Positions 23,315 through 37,285 of a DNA stretch of 64,000 nt are shown piece after piece. The position numbers and the translations under genes are program-made. The notes below the pieces were generated by a model. That model did not search any database and was not told the origin of the DNA. It saw only the letters and a list, made by a program, of their open reading frames with translations. Position 1 is the first letter of the stretch, and each line of letters begins with the position of its first letter. Source of the stretch: Octopus sinensis (taxonomy: Eukaryota); assembly GCF_006345805.1 (NCBI RefSeq), contig NC_042999.1:162502001-162566000 (forward strand), read 5' to 3'.

Positions 23315-25388
23315 CAGTCACCTACTGTTCTGGCAGACACACTAGTCAAATTGACTACATCCTCACCAGAAAAAAGGAAAGATGGCTGCTTATAAATGCC
23401 AAAACTTTCCCGGGCGAAGAATGTACCCCACAACATAGACTGTTAATTAGTGACTTCAGGATCAGGGCTAAAAGGATGCCCGGAAGATGACCAGCATGGA
23501 GAAGGGTCTGGAAGCTTAAAGATCCTACAAATGGACAGAGATTTAGAGACATATTACTCAGAGCCTTTGACAAAATACGAGGGGATATAGCTTCACACAA
23601 TGTAGAAGACAACTGGAGATTTCTATGGGACAACCTGCTGAGGGCCACTGACCAGATCTGTGGATGGTGCAAAGTCCCCTCTCAACCTAAACTAACGTGG
23701 TGGTGAAACAAAGTTGTTGACAGGGCTATTAGAGAAAAGAAACAGGCTTGGAAGGACTAGAAGAATGGTAGTACCAGGGAATTGTATCAGACTGCCAGAA
23801 GGAAAGCTAGGAGGCAGATAAGAAAAAATTTGCCAATGTTCTGCGCCGTGAGGACCAAAGACTTGAGGTATTTTGTGTTGCAAGACTGTGTGAGAGAGAA
23901 TCATGATGTTGTAGGAGAGAAATACGTTCGCAAGGATGATGGTTCACTTGCACTAAACGAGGCTGTAAAGAGAGAGGTTTGGAAACGCCACAATGAAAAG
24001 TTGCTGAATAAAGAAATTGAATGGGAGAGAGTCTGCCAAATCTCGACCCAACAGAGGGACCAGCTATCCGAGTTGACAGTTCCTTGGTAGATAAGGCAAT
24101 TAGAAGTATGAAGACAGGGAAAGCCCCAGGCCCATCAGGAATCACTGCAGAGATGCTCAAAATATCTGGCAGTGTTGGATATAGCCTAGTCACCAGTATA
24201 AATAACCAGGTGATACACGAAGGAGTCATTCCCAATGACTGGTGTAGCAGCATAATAGTCAACTGCTACAAAGGAAAAGGTGATGCTTTAGATACAAATA
24301 ATTACAGAGGCATCAAGATGTTAGATAATGAAGGTAATGAAGGTTACAAAGAGGGTCATAGCCCAACTGATTAGGGAGAGAGTCAGTTTGGATGAGATGC
24401 AGGTTGGGTTTGTGCCAGGGAAAAGCACCACTGATGCCATATTTCTGGTGAGACAGCTGCAGGAGAAATACCTAGCCAAAGACAAACCTCTGTACCTGGC
24501 TTTTGTTGACATGGAGAAAGCCTTTGACAGGTTCCCCCGATCCCTTGTCTGGTGGTCAATGAGGAAACTAGGGATAGATGAATGATTAGTGAGAGCTGTG
24601 CAAGCCATGTACAGGGACGCTGTCAGTAAGGTGAAGGTTGGCAACAAGTACAGTGAAGAAGTCCAGGTGGAGGTAGGGGTCCACCAAGATTCAGTCCTTA
24701 GCCCTCTCCTATTTATCATAGTCCTCCAAGCAATAACAGAGGAATTCAAGACAAGATGCCCCTGGGAGCTCCTCCATGTTGACAACCTTGATCTAATTGC
24801 TGAGTCATTATCAGAACTTGAGGAGAAGTTTTAGGTGGGGAAACAAGGATTAGAATCAAAGGGCCTGAGAGTCAACCAAGCTAAAACCAAAGTCCTAATA
24901 AGTAGGAAGGCAGGCAAACCAGAAATTCCTTCAGGTAGATGGCCCTGCCCAATCTGTAGTAGAGGTGTAGGTAGAAACTCTATAAGATTTACCCAGTGTA
25001 AGCTATGGACACATAAGAGGTACAGCAATATCAAAGGAAGGTTAACTAGGAAGATAGTTTTTGTATGTGGCAGATGCTTGGGTGCAATAAACACTGAAAA
25101 TGTGCAGAGAACAACTTCTGCCACATTCCAGGGAGAAAAACTACAAGTGGTTGATAGCTTCCGTTACCTAGATGACCTAGTCAGTAGAGGGGGAGGGTGC
25201 GCTGAAAGTGTAGGTAAGAGAGCTCTTACCTCTGCTGGTGACAAAGGGCCTCTCGCTCAGAGTAATAGGTAGACTATAAGACACATGTGTACAAACAGCC
25301 ATGCTACACGGCAGTGAAACATAGGCCATGGCTGCATAGGACATGTGTAAGCTTGCAAGGAATAAAGCCAGTATGCTCCGATGGCCTT
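23315..25388 (+). mobile_element. Degenerate internal fragment of the same RTE family as 15021-19157
   Basis: Colinear with ~15905-18030; ORF pieces 24021-24374, 24328-24585, 24589-24834 and 24835-25272 are separated by stops and frameshifts. Confidence 0.9.
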
Positions 25389-25968
25389 CGTCATATCATC
25401 ATCAAAAACGATTTTTAAGCCCATTCTACTGAAAAAATTAACTAAACTATTCTTAACTTTTTGTACCTTTTGGTTGGAAATATTTTGGAGGTAAAGTAAA
25501 CAATCATCACGATATAGACCTCCATAAATGTTAGGGAATTCTTCTGCCATTTCAAAAAGAATATATATACAGACCAAATCAGTGCTGAATCAGAACTTCC
25601 CATTGGTATATCAAAACTATCTGGTGTGTCTTTACGGACCCAAACTTATTATCAAATTTCATAATGGATTTTCTGGCTGTCAACACAACATTAATTTCTT
25701 CTCGGGTGAGACCAGCTTTGTTATGAGCAAGCCAAAGTGCCTTATTAAGTACTATTGGATTAATAGACAAATAAAAATTGGAAATATCAAACTGGATAAA
25801 CTTAGTACTCACCTTATTGGTAATAGAACTAAACCAGCCAACTACTTCAAACGAATTAGTCCATAAACTAAGTTTTAATGTTTTAATTAAATTAGGAATA
25901 TATTTATCTAGTATATTTTTACAAAGGATACCGATGTCAGAGCTAGAAGGGCAGATAAGCCTTAATGA
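25389..25968 (-). mobile_element. Penelope-like RT fragment
   Basis: NPSLRLICPS...LWTNS..V..WF, KFIQFDISNFYLSI, ARKSI, GGLYRDDCL and FFSRMGLKI. Confidence 0.85.
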
Positions 25969-26082
25969 TGGGTTAATATATATATCATATATGATATATA
26001 TATTATGTATATATATATTATATATGTTATATATTATGTATATATATATTATATATGATATATATTATATATATATATATAT

Positions 26083-26200
26083 ACCAGAGTAAACAAATGT
26101 GAAACAAGGTGGAAAAAAGAGTACTCAAATACCAGTGGTAGAGTAATATGCTTTATTTAAAGCAGCAGAAAATTCAATATATAAATCCTTAAAAATGTTT
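26083..26200 (-). repeat. PLE terminal-repeat tail, same family as 4841-4950
   Basis: Reverse complement matches ttgaattttctgctgct...gagtactctttttccaccttgtttcacattt. Confidence 0.75.
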
Positions 26201-26204
26201 TAGC

Positions 26205-26484
26205 CCAAAGGCCATGGTCATGCTGGGGCACCACCGCTGAATGAGTTACACTAATATGTGAATCCACCTCTGATACGTGGCACTTGGTCAACAAGGGAGT
26301 TCGATGCCGCTGCCCACATCTGTGTCTCCTGTAGTGAGGTAGGTTCATCTGGGACCCCCGATAAGAAGAGATCTAGTTTAGTTTTAAAGAAACCCCACAT
26401 CCACACAATGCAAGTCTCTCAGGCATTTAGGTGGATGTTAAAGAGCTGTGGTCCTCTGAAACCCAAGCTGTTGCAGTATCTGGT
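26205..26484 (-). mobile_element. CR1/L2-type LINE 3' fragment, truncated by the gap
   Basis: RYCNSLGFRGPQLFN...FFKTKLDLFLSGVPDEP followed by the gtggtgccccagcatgacc tail. Confidence 0.75.
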
Positions 26485-26698
26485 NNNNNNNNNNNNNNNN
26501 NNNNNNNNNNNNNNNNNNNNNNNNNNNNNNNNNNNNNNNNNNNNNNNNNNNNNNNNNNNNNNNNNNNNNNNNNNNNNNNNNNNNATACATACATATACAT
26601 ACATACATATATATACATACATACATATATATATACATACATACATATATAATACATACATACATATATATATCATACTACATATATATATACATACA

Positions 26699-26746
<48 letters not shown>

Positions 26747-26759
26747 ATGTATATGTTTG

Positions 26760-26962
26760 TGTCTGTGTTTGTCCCTCTACAATTGCTTGACAACTGATGT
26801 GTGTTTACGTCCCCGTAACTCAGCGGCTCGGCAAAACAGACCGATAGAATAAGTACTAGGCTTGCAAAGATTAAGTCCTGGGGTCGATTTGTTCGACTAA
26901 AGGCGTTGCTCCAGCATGGCCGCCGTCATATGACTGAAACAAATGAGTAGAGTAAAAGAGTA
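26760..26962 (+). mobile_element. tRNA-derived SINE 3' half
   Basis: gcttgacaactgatg...gaataagtactagg...ccagcatggccgcc...tgactgaaaca. Confidence 0.75.
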
Positions 26963-27544
26963 TCGTACCTTTGTGTGTGTGTGTGTGTGTGCGCGCGCGA
27001 GCACTGGAGAGAAATATGAGGGACTGAGTGTATAAAGGTTTTAGAAAATAATTGTTGGTGTTCTTGTAGAGAGAAAGGTAATTTCTACTTGCAGGTCCTG
27101 CTATTGCTTACGTTTAAGTGTTACTTGTGGTGGTTGACGAGACAGCAATTCACACTGGGATCGAATCCACTCTAGGGAAGCAGAGGGTTTGTTTTTGCTT
27201 CACCTTTTTTTTGTTTTTATTGATTATGAAGCTTCGTAGAGAGAAGAAAAAGAATGTATGGATAGATACTTATGTGTGCGGTTATCATCTATAACCAGGG
27301 TTGATTTATGAACTACCATTATATTTGGTGTACTCACTGATGCTTTTTTATATATGGATATGCGAGTGAGTACCTTCGAAAAATTTGCATTTGCAAGTGT
27401 ATCAAATATTAACACAATACACAGGCAATCATATGTATAAAGTATATAAAACACCTGAATTTCTATATAATATCCAATAGTTTCTTGGGTACCTACATCA
27501 GAAAAACCTCCATGTATACATACTCAAACCACTCTGTCCCACCC

Positions 27545-29755
<2,211 letters not shown>

Positions 29756-30589
29756 ACAATGCCACTATAAAGGCAGAAGTGAGGGGAAATAAGAGCAGTA
29801 GTAGAAGATGGAGGTATGTCATGTAGTATTCTCTTCTGAGGTAGTAGGGTTCTGATGATTTGTGTTTAGTGTAATTATATGTAAACTTGATGGCTTTTTG
29901 TAAGGTTATATCGGTTGTAGTGTAGTTACTTTTTGTGGTGAAGGTAGTAAATGATGTGAACGACCACGGTTAAAGATGATTATGATGGTATTATGGAGGA
30001 GAACGTTGTGATGGTGATCAATAGAGTATGGTGAGATGGGGGCAGCAGTATCATCAACAATAATGGTTTCTGATTCAGACACAAAGCCAGCAATTTTGAG
30101 GGGAGGGTCTTGGTTGAAACCATCGATCCCAGTACTTGACTGAACTGATACTTTATTTTATCGAACCCGAAAGGAAGAAAGATAAAAATTGACTCCAGTG
30201 GAATTTGAACTCAGATCAAAAAGACCTCATTGACAACAATAATATATTTCTTTACTACCCACAGGGGGGGACAAACAAGGACGGACAAAGGGATTGAGTC
30301 GATTACATCGACCCCCAGTGCGAAACTGGTACTTTATTTATCGACCCCCCGAGAGGATGAAAGGCAAAGTCGACAAAGGATGTAATGCTTTATATATGAT
30401 GTTGGTGGTGGATGTAGTTGTACGGGTTGTGATGATGAATGAAGGAGTGATGGTCGCGCGGACGAAGGCAGAGACGAGCGAATGGCGAATCAAGTGAATA
30501 TATTAGTTATGAATGTGTTGGAACAAGCAACTTGTATGTTTGTATTTGGTATAATAAATATGTGAGTGTAGTTGGTTGTATTAGCTTAC

Positions 30590-30662
30590 CTTGAACAGTG
30601 TGTCCTATGAGCGATAGGCACAATACACATGGTAACAAGAGCCAGTAACGGTACTTCCACAT
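30590..30662 (-). CDS. Putative first coding exon of a host gene encoding a signal peptide (MWKYRYWLLLPCVLCLSLIGHTVQ-G)
   Basis: gccATG context, basic n-region, hydrophobic h-region and small-residue c-region, ending at a consensus donor CAAG|gtaagc in phase 1; lies in non-repetitive sequence. No homology confirmation. Confidence 0.55.
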
Positions 30663-32078
30663 GGCATCAGTGGATGTCGGGTGGCCTTAGCTGCCAACTG
30701 CAGCTTCTTTTAGCCACGGTTGGGGAGCTGACACACCACAATAAGAGAGTGATACAACAAACAGGATGGACAAAACAGACTGACTGACTGGTGTTAGGTT
30801 GGAAATCCGAAATCGAAGCGTGTCGGGTGTGAGTGATGTCGAGTATGACGACGAGTGCTGTCGAGTTTAGTGTGAGTGATGCTGAGTGTTGTGTGTGTGT
30901 GATGAACACTCATGTGTGTATGTATGTATATGTGTGTGTAGACTGACTAGAGGGATGCTGAGCACGAGATGAAGGAGGAAGAAAGACTACAACGATGGTG
31001 ATGGTGAGGGGGGCGGTGATGCTGGTAGTAGCGGAAACGAAAATGATGTTTGTTGGTGGGAGGAGTAGGAAGAGGGTGAGGACAAGTTGTAGGAGGAAAG
31101 AAGAGAAGGTGAAGATGGTGAGGAAATTTATTATATTGAAATGCCATCAGCAGCAGCAGGTTGAGTCGAGTAAGGACTGTGAGGAGGAGAGAATAAAGAA
31201 TAAAAATAGCAGTACTGGTGGGAGGTAGCTAGGTGGGGGAGATTAAATACGGTAGGCGCTGGAAGAAATTCTAGCCAGACTAGCATTAGAGGTAGTAAAC
31301 AGTATTACTGAGTGGTATTAGTAGTGGAGCAGTACAGAGCAAAAATCGGTAGACAAAAATACATCGTGATGTTTTTAGTTACGCTCTGAGTTCATCTCTT
31401 TCTAATGTTGACTGCCTTTCTTCTTTCTAGGGTTCGATAAGTAGCAGTCACAGTCAAATACTGGGGTAATCTCATCAGTTTTTGCCCTCCCCCACCAATA
31501 AAAATGTTTGCTATTTCGCTCACATCAGAAATCATTATTTTAGTGGCGAATTGTGCTTTGTGGTATTTAGTTACGTCCCTTTACATCCTCAGTTCAAGTC
31601 CCCACCCCCCAGTGTCGAATTTATTTTTGCATCCTCTGGGGATTCATCATAGGAAAAACTAGTTCCTTTCTTCCATCACAATTTTTGGTTCTTGCACCAC
31701 AGTTATTACTGAACCATTAAAACAACAAATGAAATGTTTTGCTATATTTAATCCCCTCCCTTTACGCTCGCTTTGTTCAAACCCCCAACGAGGTTATTTT
31801 CCCTTTCATCCTTCAGAAGTAGATAAAATAAAGTGTTGGTCAAGCACTGAGGTCGTTTTAATTGACGGTTCCCTCTCCAATCAAACCTGTGGCCTTGAGC
31901 ATATGTTAGGTTGTTGTTGTTAGCACCATAATAATAACTGCAGTAGCAGCTACAATGGTACATAGTAGTAGGAATAAGTGGATACAAGCAATATCAATAA
32001 CAGCAGTCAAACCAATACGTTCGCAAGCTTTATAGTTAATAACGTAAGAATGGTGTTGTATTGTACATTATATATATA

Positions 32079-32457
32079 CTTGCAGTATCGCCCGGCATTG
32101 CTCGGGTTTGTAAGGGAAATAACTATAAAGCATTTTTAGAGAGTTATAGCAAAAAAATGCATTAAAAATGGAAAAAAAATGATGGTAAATTTTTTTTTTT
32201 AATCGTTGACTCATCGTAGACATTTTTAGAGAGTTACGTCCCTTATATAATAGCGAAAAAATGCATCAAAATGGAAAAAAATGATGGTAAATTATTTTTT
32301 AAATCATAGACTCATCGTAGACGCGCGCTAATACCCAGAAGGGCTCGATATGAATCATGACTATAAGATATGGTTAAACTGCACCGCAAAATGTGGGAGT
32401 AGTTAGGAATCTAAATCGAAGGAGACAGACACACAACTTCACTTTTATATATAAAGA
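32079..32457 (-). mobile_element. Non-autonomous Helitron, copy 1
   Basis: Same family as 33094-33491; 3' CTAG mutated to CAAG. Confidence 0.85.
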
Positions 32458-33093
32458 TATATATACACACACACTGTATGTATATTTTTTCATCACACAC
32501 AACACACATGCTGGTCTAGCGGCAACATTAATATTTAATTAGGAAAAACTCGATACAGATAATTAATTTCGAGCATTTTATATTTTATTGTGCGTGGAAT
32601 AAAAAGATATGGGAGACCGATTAGATAGGCGAGAAACTAGCCACGATTAACGCATTTAAGACTGCATTTTACGGTATAAACATAAACAATTGGAGCTACA
32701 TAAAGATTCTTTCGACACTATGTACACATAACATAGGTATTGTACTTTATTGTGTATGCTAAAATAGGTTATTACAATAAAAGAGCTGCTGTGTGCATGA
32801 ATGAGCGTAAATGTTATGTTCGACTGAGTTGTTTCTGATGTTGATGGCCACAAATTTCAAAGGGAAGTGGAATGAGGAAATGTGGAGTTTAGTCCTTTTT
32901 CAAAGAACCAATTCAGTCGATTTTGAAAAGGATCAACCAAACTGAACAGGGTAGGATTAGGACTTAGAGAGACCTTAAGAACTTACAAGAATTCAGTGCC
33001 TGTGTGTGTTAGCATGCGTGCGTGTTTGCGTGTGCTTGCGTGAGAGTGTGTGTGTGTGTGTAGCGCGCGCGCGCGCGGGGTATGTGTAAATAA

Positions 33094-33491
33094 TCTTTAT
33101 ATATAAAAGTGGTTGTGTGCTGTCTGTCTCCTACAATTTAGATTCCTAACTACTCCCACATTTTGCAGTGCAGTTTAACCAAAACCGGGTATCTTATAGT
33201 CGTGATTCATATCGAGCCCTTCTGGGTATTAGCGCGCGTCTACGATGAGTCTACGATTTTTAAAAAAATTTACCATGATTTTTTTCCATTTTAATGCATT
33301 TTTTCGCTATTATATAAGGGAAGTAACTCTCTAAAAATGTCTACGATAAGTCAACGATTTTTTAAAAAATTACCATCATTTTTTTTCCATTTTTAATGCA
33401 TTTTTTTGCTAATTTTTGGTTATAACTCTCTAAAAATGCTTATATAGTTATTTCCCTTACAAACCCGAGCAACGCCGGGCGATACGGCTAG
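33094..33491 (+). mobile_element. Non-autonomous Helitron, copy 2
   Basis: a|TCtttatatataaaag ... cccgagcaacgccggg hairpin ... CTAG|t: 5' TC, 3' CTAG, subterminal hairpin, A|T target, no TSD. Confidence 0.92.
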
Positions 33492-33850
33492 TAACCCATA
33501 AAATAAAATTTTACTTTTCAATAGGAAATAAAGTTGACTGGAAGATAGAAAGTGCTTATTTAAACTACAACTTTATATTTGAAAAATTGTCCCCTGCTTT
33601 TTTAATTTCTAAGACTTTGATCTGATCCTCATAGCTAATCTTACATAACAAATCTGCTTTCTTTATTTAGGAGAGATAAGGTATCCAGCCTGTCTTGTTG
33701 CGTAGTTATTCTGATGGGAATTTTAATACAACTGAGGTAATGAACGATCAACTGAGCAATTTAGTAATATTCAGGGTTTAAAATAAACGAAAGTTAATGT
33801 CTATATTTGGGAAGACACAATATTGTCTTTTATAATAACTTTATAGAAGA

Positions 33851-34234
33851 CTAGCAGCACGGCGTTGCTCGGGTCTGTAAGGGAAATAACTATATAAGCA
33901 TTTTTAGAGAGTTATAGCAAAAAAATGCATTAAAAATGGAAAAAAAATGATGGTAATTTTTTTTTTTAATCGTTGATTCATCGTAGACATTTTTAGAGAG
34001 TTACTTCCCTTATATAATAGCGAAAAAATGCATTAAAATGGAAAAAAATGATGGTAATTTTTTTTTTAATCGTAGACTCATCGTAGACGCACGCTAATAC
34101 CCAGAAGGGCTCGATATGAATCACGACTATAAGATACCCGGCTTTGGTTAAACTGCACTGCAAAATGTGGGAGTAGTTAGGAATCTAAATCGTAGGAGAC
34201 AGACAGCACACAACCTCTCTTTTATATATAAAGA
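33851..34234 (-). mobile_element. Non-autonomous Helitron, copy 3
   Basis: CTAG at 33851-33854, family body, tatataaaga terminus. Confidence 0.88.
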
Positions 34235-34561
34235 CAATATTACTTTATAAAGTTCAGCATGACTGAATCTTGCTTTTACATTTTTTGTTGCCCATGTGAA
34301 TGAAGTTCTGCTATGTCTTAGTATGTTTCTTATTTCAGTTTCAATTTAATCCAACAATTGTTGTGAAAAGAGATGATTCAAAATATATTTCTTGGCATCC
34401 AATATACATCTAAAATTTCTGGTGCATTTCCATCATTGAGTGCCTTCTTTCTGATATCGTTGTGAGATTGAGGAGCCTTGTAATCAACATCTAGCATTTC
34501 CAGTCTTCTTCATTTTTTTTTTCTCAAATTCAGCACATGAAGTGCACTCTCTTTCAGTTAA

Positions 34562-34963
34562 TCTTTATATATAAAAGTGAGGTTGTGTGCTGTCTGTCTC
34601 CTACGATTTAGATTCCTAACTACTCCCACATTTTGCGGTGCAGTTTAACCAAAACCGGGTATCTTATAGTCGTGATTCATATCGAGCCCTTCTGGGTATT
34701 AAGCGCGCGTCTACGATGAGTCTAAGATTTAAAAAAAAAATTACCATCATTCTTTTCCATTTTAATGCATTTTTTTTGCTATTATATAAGGGAAGTAACT
34801 CTCTAAAAATGTCTACAATGAGTCAACGATTTAAAAAAAATTTACCATCATTTTTTTTCCATTTTTAATACATTTCTTTGTTATTTTTTGGCTATAACTC
34901 TCTAAAAATGCTTATATAGTTATTTCCCTTACAAACCCGAGCAACGCCGGGCGATACTGCTAG
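34562..34963 (+). mobile_element. Non-autonomous Helitron, copy 4
   Basis: a|TC...hairpin...CTAG|t. Confidence 0.92.
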
Positions 34964-35278
34964 TTCAATATAAAATCAAATTCTACTTCTTGCATCTTAA
35001 TTACAATATTATTTGCTTCTCTTAGTATTTTTCTTTGTTACTTGTCCTCAGTTATACATTCTAACACTTCCAAAATTGTAAGTAAAAATCTCAAAATATT
35101 TGCTTTTTCTATCAACTACCACCCATCTAGTATCAGAGAGAGATTTTAAGACATTTTCATTTTCAATGCAACCTTTAATAATTTTTCACTGCCTCAGTGA
35201 GGCTGCAAAAAAATTGCACTGTAGACAAGAAATTACCAGCTTCTTGATAGCTGTCAACGGTTCTTTGACCTACTATTT

Positions 35279-36091
35279 GGATCTTTTCCTTTTGAACGGC
35301 ACTTTTCAACGCAATTTCTAGTTAACTAAACACTTTTAAACTTCGTATACTGGTAGAATGTGTTTATAAAACATCATTTTTTCTTGGCTTTATTGAGAAA
35401 ATTCTATAGTCTGAAATTTCAAGCATTTTGGCAGTTTTAACCAATTGATTACTTCCATTTAGTTAAACAACATTCCGTGCTGTATGAATATGTCCCTCCT
35501 TTAAGAAACAGATTGGGTTTATTTACATTTGTGAAGAAAAAAGATACCCTTCCCCCACCCCTAACCCTAAGCCTAACTAACCCTAACTCTCACCCAAAAT
35601 CTAAAATAGATTGAAATGCAATAGATCGATACTAGGGTCATAATTATGGGTGACAATTTCATTTGACACCGCTAGAAAAAAATCCCATTTTCCGTAGCAG
35701 TGTCATATGAAATTGTCCCCCATAATTATGGCCCTAGTATCGATCTATTGCATTTCAATCTATTTTAGATTTTGGGTGAGAGTTAGGGTTAGGGGTGGGG
35801 GAAGGGTATCTTTTTTTCTTCACAAATGTAAATAAACCCAATCTGTTTCTTAAAGGAGGGACATATTCATACAGCACGGAATGTTGTTTACCTAAATGGA
35901 CTCCAGCGATTGGTTAAAATTGCCGAAATGCTAGAAATTTCAGAGGAAATATCTTACACCCTATAGAATTTTCTCAATAAAGCCAAGAAAAAATGATGTT
36001 TTATAAACACATTCTACCAGTATACGAAGTTTAAAAGTGTTTAGTTAACTAGAAATTGTGTTGAAAAGTGCCGTTCAAAAGGAAAAGATCC
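35279..36091. mobile_element. ~810-bp foldback (long-TIR) non-autonomous DNA transposon with 8-bp TSD
   Basis: tactattt|GGATCttttcc ... ggaaaaGATCC|tactattt; arms complementary almost to the centre (~35685); internal (ccctaa)n/(ttaggg)n motifs. Confidence 0.93.
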
Positions 36092-37285
36092 TACTATTTA
36101 TTTAATGGGCTGCACAGGGCACATATATGACAAAATTATTTTGCTTCTAAAATTGTTGCTGCATCTTCTTAGTACAGTAATGAACAAATTGGCATGTGAC
36201 AGGTCTGGTGTTAAATTAACTGACAAAATAACCAAATTTCAATTTGTCAACAATGAGCCCATAGACTTTTGAGCTATTAATTGAATGAATTCCTCACAGG
36301 TAGTTTTGGACAGGTAAAAAGGACATCCAGATTTTCCACATTATGAAATATGACAAAATGAATCAATCTAGCTTATGAGCTAAGGCAGCAATAATCCAAA
36401 TCCTACTTCTGCAGTGATCTAAATGTTTCTTCTATTCCTCAAAAAGACAAGCCACATTCAGCGAACAGCTATGAGATACCACAAGACATGTTACTAGCAA
36501 TCACACACTTCCTAAATTTACTTTCTAACTATTACCCCAACCCTACACTTTATCCATGAGTAAAGTATTTTAGTATAGAATGTCTTTATTCACGACCAAT
36601 TACAATAGCATTTCACCACTCACTGAACCCTTCTCTTTAAAATGTGAGAAGCTTTAGAGAGCAGACAGTTTAGAAGAAAAACAGTAAGCTAACCCTGTTG
36701 ATGTTGAATACAATAAGCACTCTTTTTTGTATTTCTCACCATTGACTTTTGTCTCAAGGAAAATTTTTATGAACAATATCTTACTGGTTTGCCACTACTG
36801 AAACATTGGTAAGACTTGTCAAATAGTCTATTTTGATGTCAACAATCAGTTGGTTCACAAGCAATTCGATGAGCCCCATCATCATCAGAGAATTCAAGTT
36901 ACAACCCTGGACCTTTTGCTATATTCATTTGTAGGCTCAATCATTTCCCACCATCACTATGGTCCACTAAACTTTCATTGTCAACAATTATTTCAACCCC
37001 ATAATGTCTTGTAAAGTAACTTGAATCAACATTTGCAGTAGAGGTGCAAGTGAGATAAGTAGTAAAACATGTGCTACATGAACCTTCATGTGACACCTTA
37101 GTAATTCCATTATCATCATGTTTTGATTCTGAAATGCTCAGTGGTATTTGTGCCCACTTCTGATGATGGAAATTAGTTTCCATCCAGGGTCTTATCAATG
37201 ATGGTCCAATTGATGTTGTGGGTGGGGGTCATTCCCGAGGTTGCAAAGTCTCCACAAGAAACAACACAAAGAGGTGGAATTTTCT

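Larger units (their letters stand above)
33560..36420 (-). pseudogene. hAT (ZMYM1-like) transposase relic interrupted by two Helitrons and a foldback element
   Basis: Minus-strand fragments: YLSKTTCEEFIQLIA, TPDLSH, YVPCAAH..VGQ, LKSLSDTRW, and C-terminal TTQQDRLDTLSLLNKES. Confidence 0.7.

Noticed and set aside
27338-27454. Minus-strand exon with AG/GTGAGT boundaries (VFYILYTYDC...KKAS)
   Set aside because: Phase 0-0 does not fit the phase-1 donor of exon 1, and it abuts a repeat-derived segment.
35555-35595. Telomere or interstitial telomeric site
   Set aside because: Only 2-4 degenerate units, mirrored in both arms of a transposon with a TSD.
37157-37190. Hammerhead motif (CTGATGA followed by a tggaaa-ttag-tttcca hairpin)
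   Set aside because: No correctly placed GAAA core or cleavage triplet after the stem.
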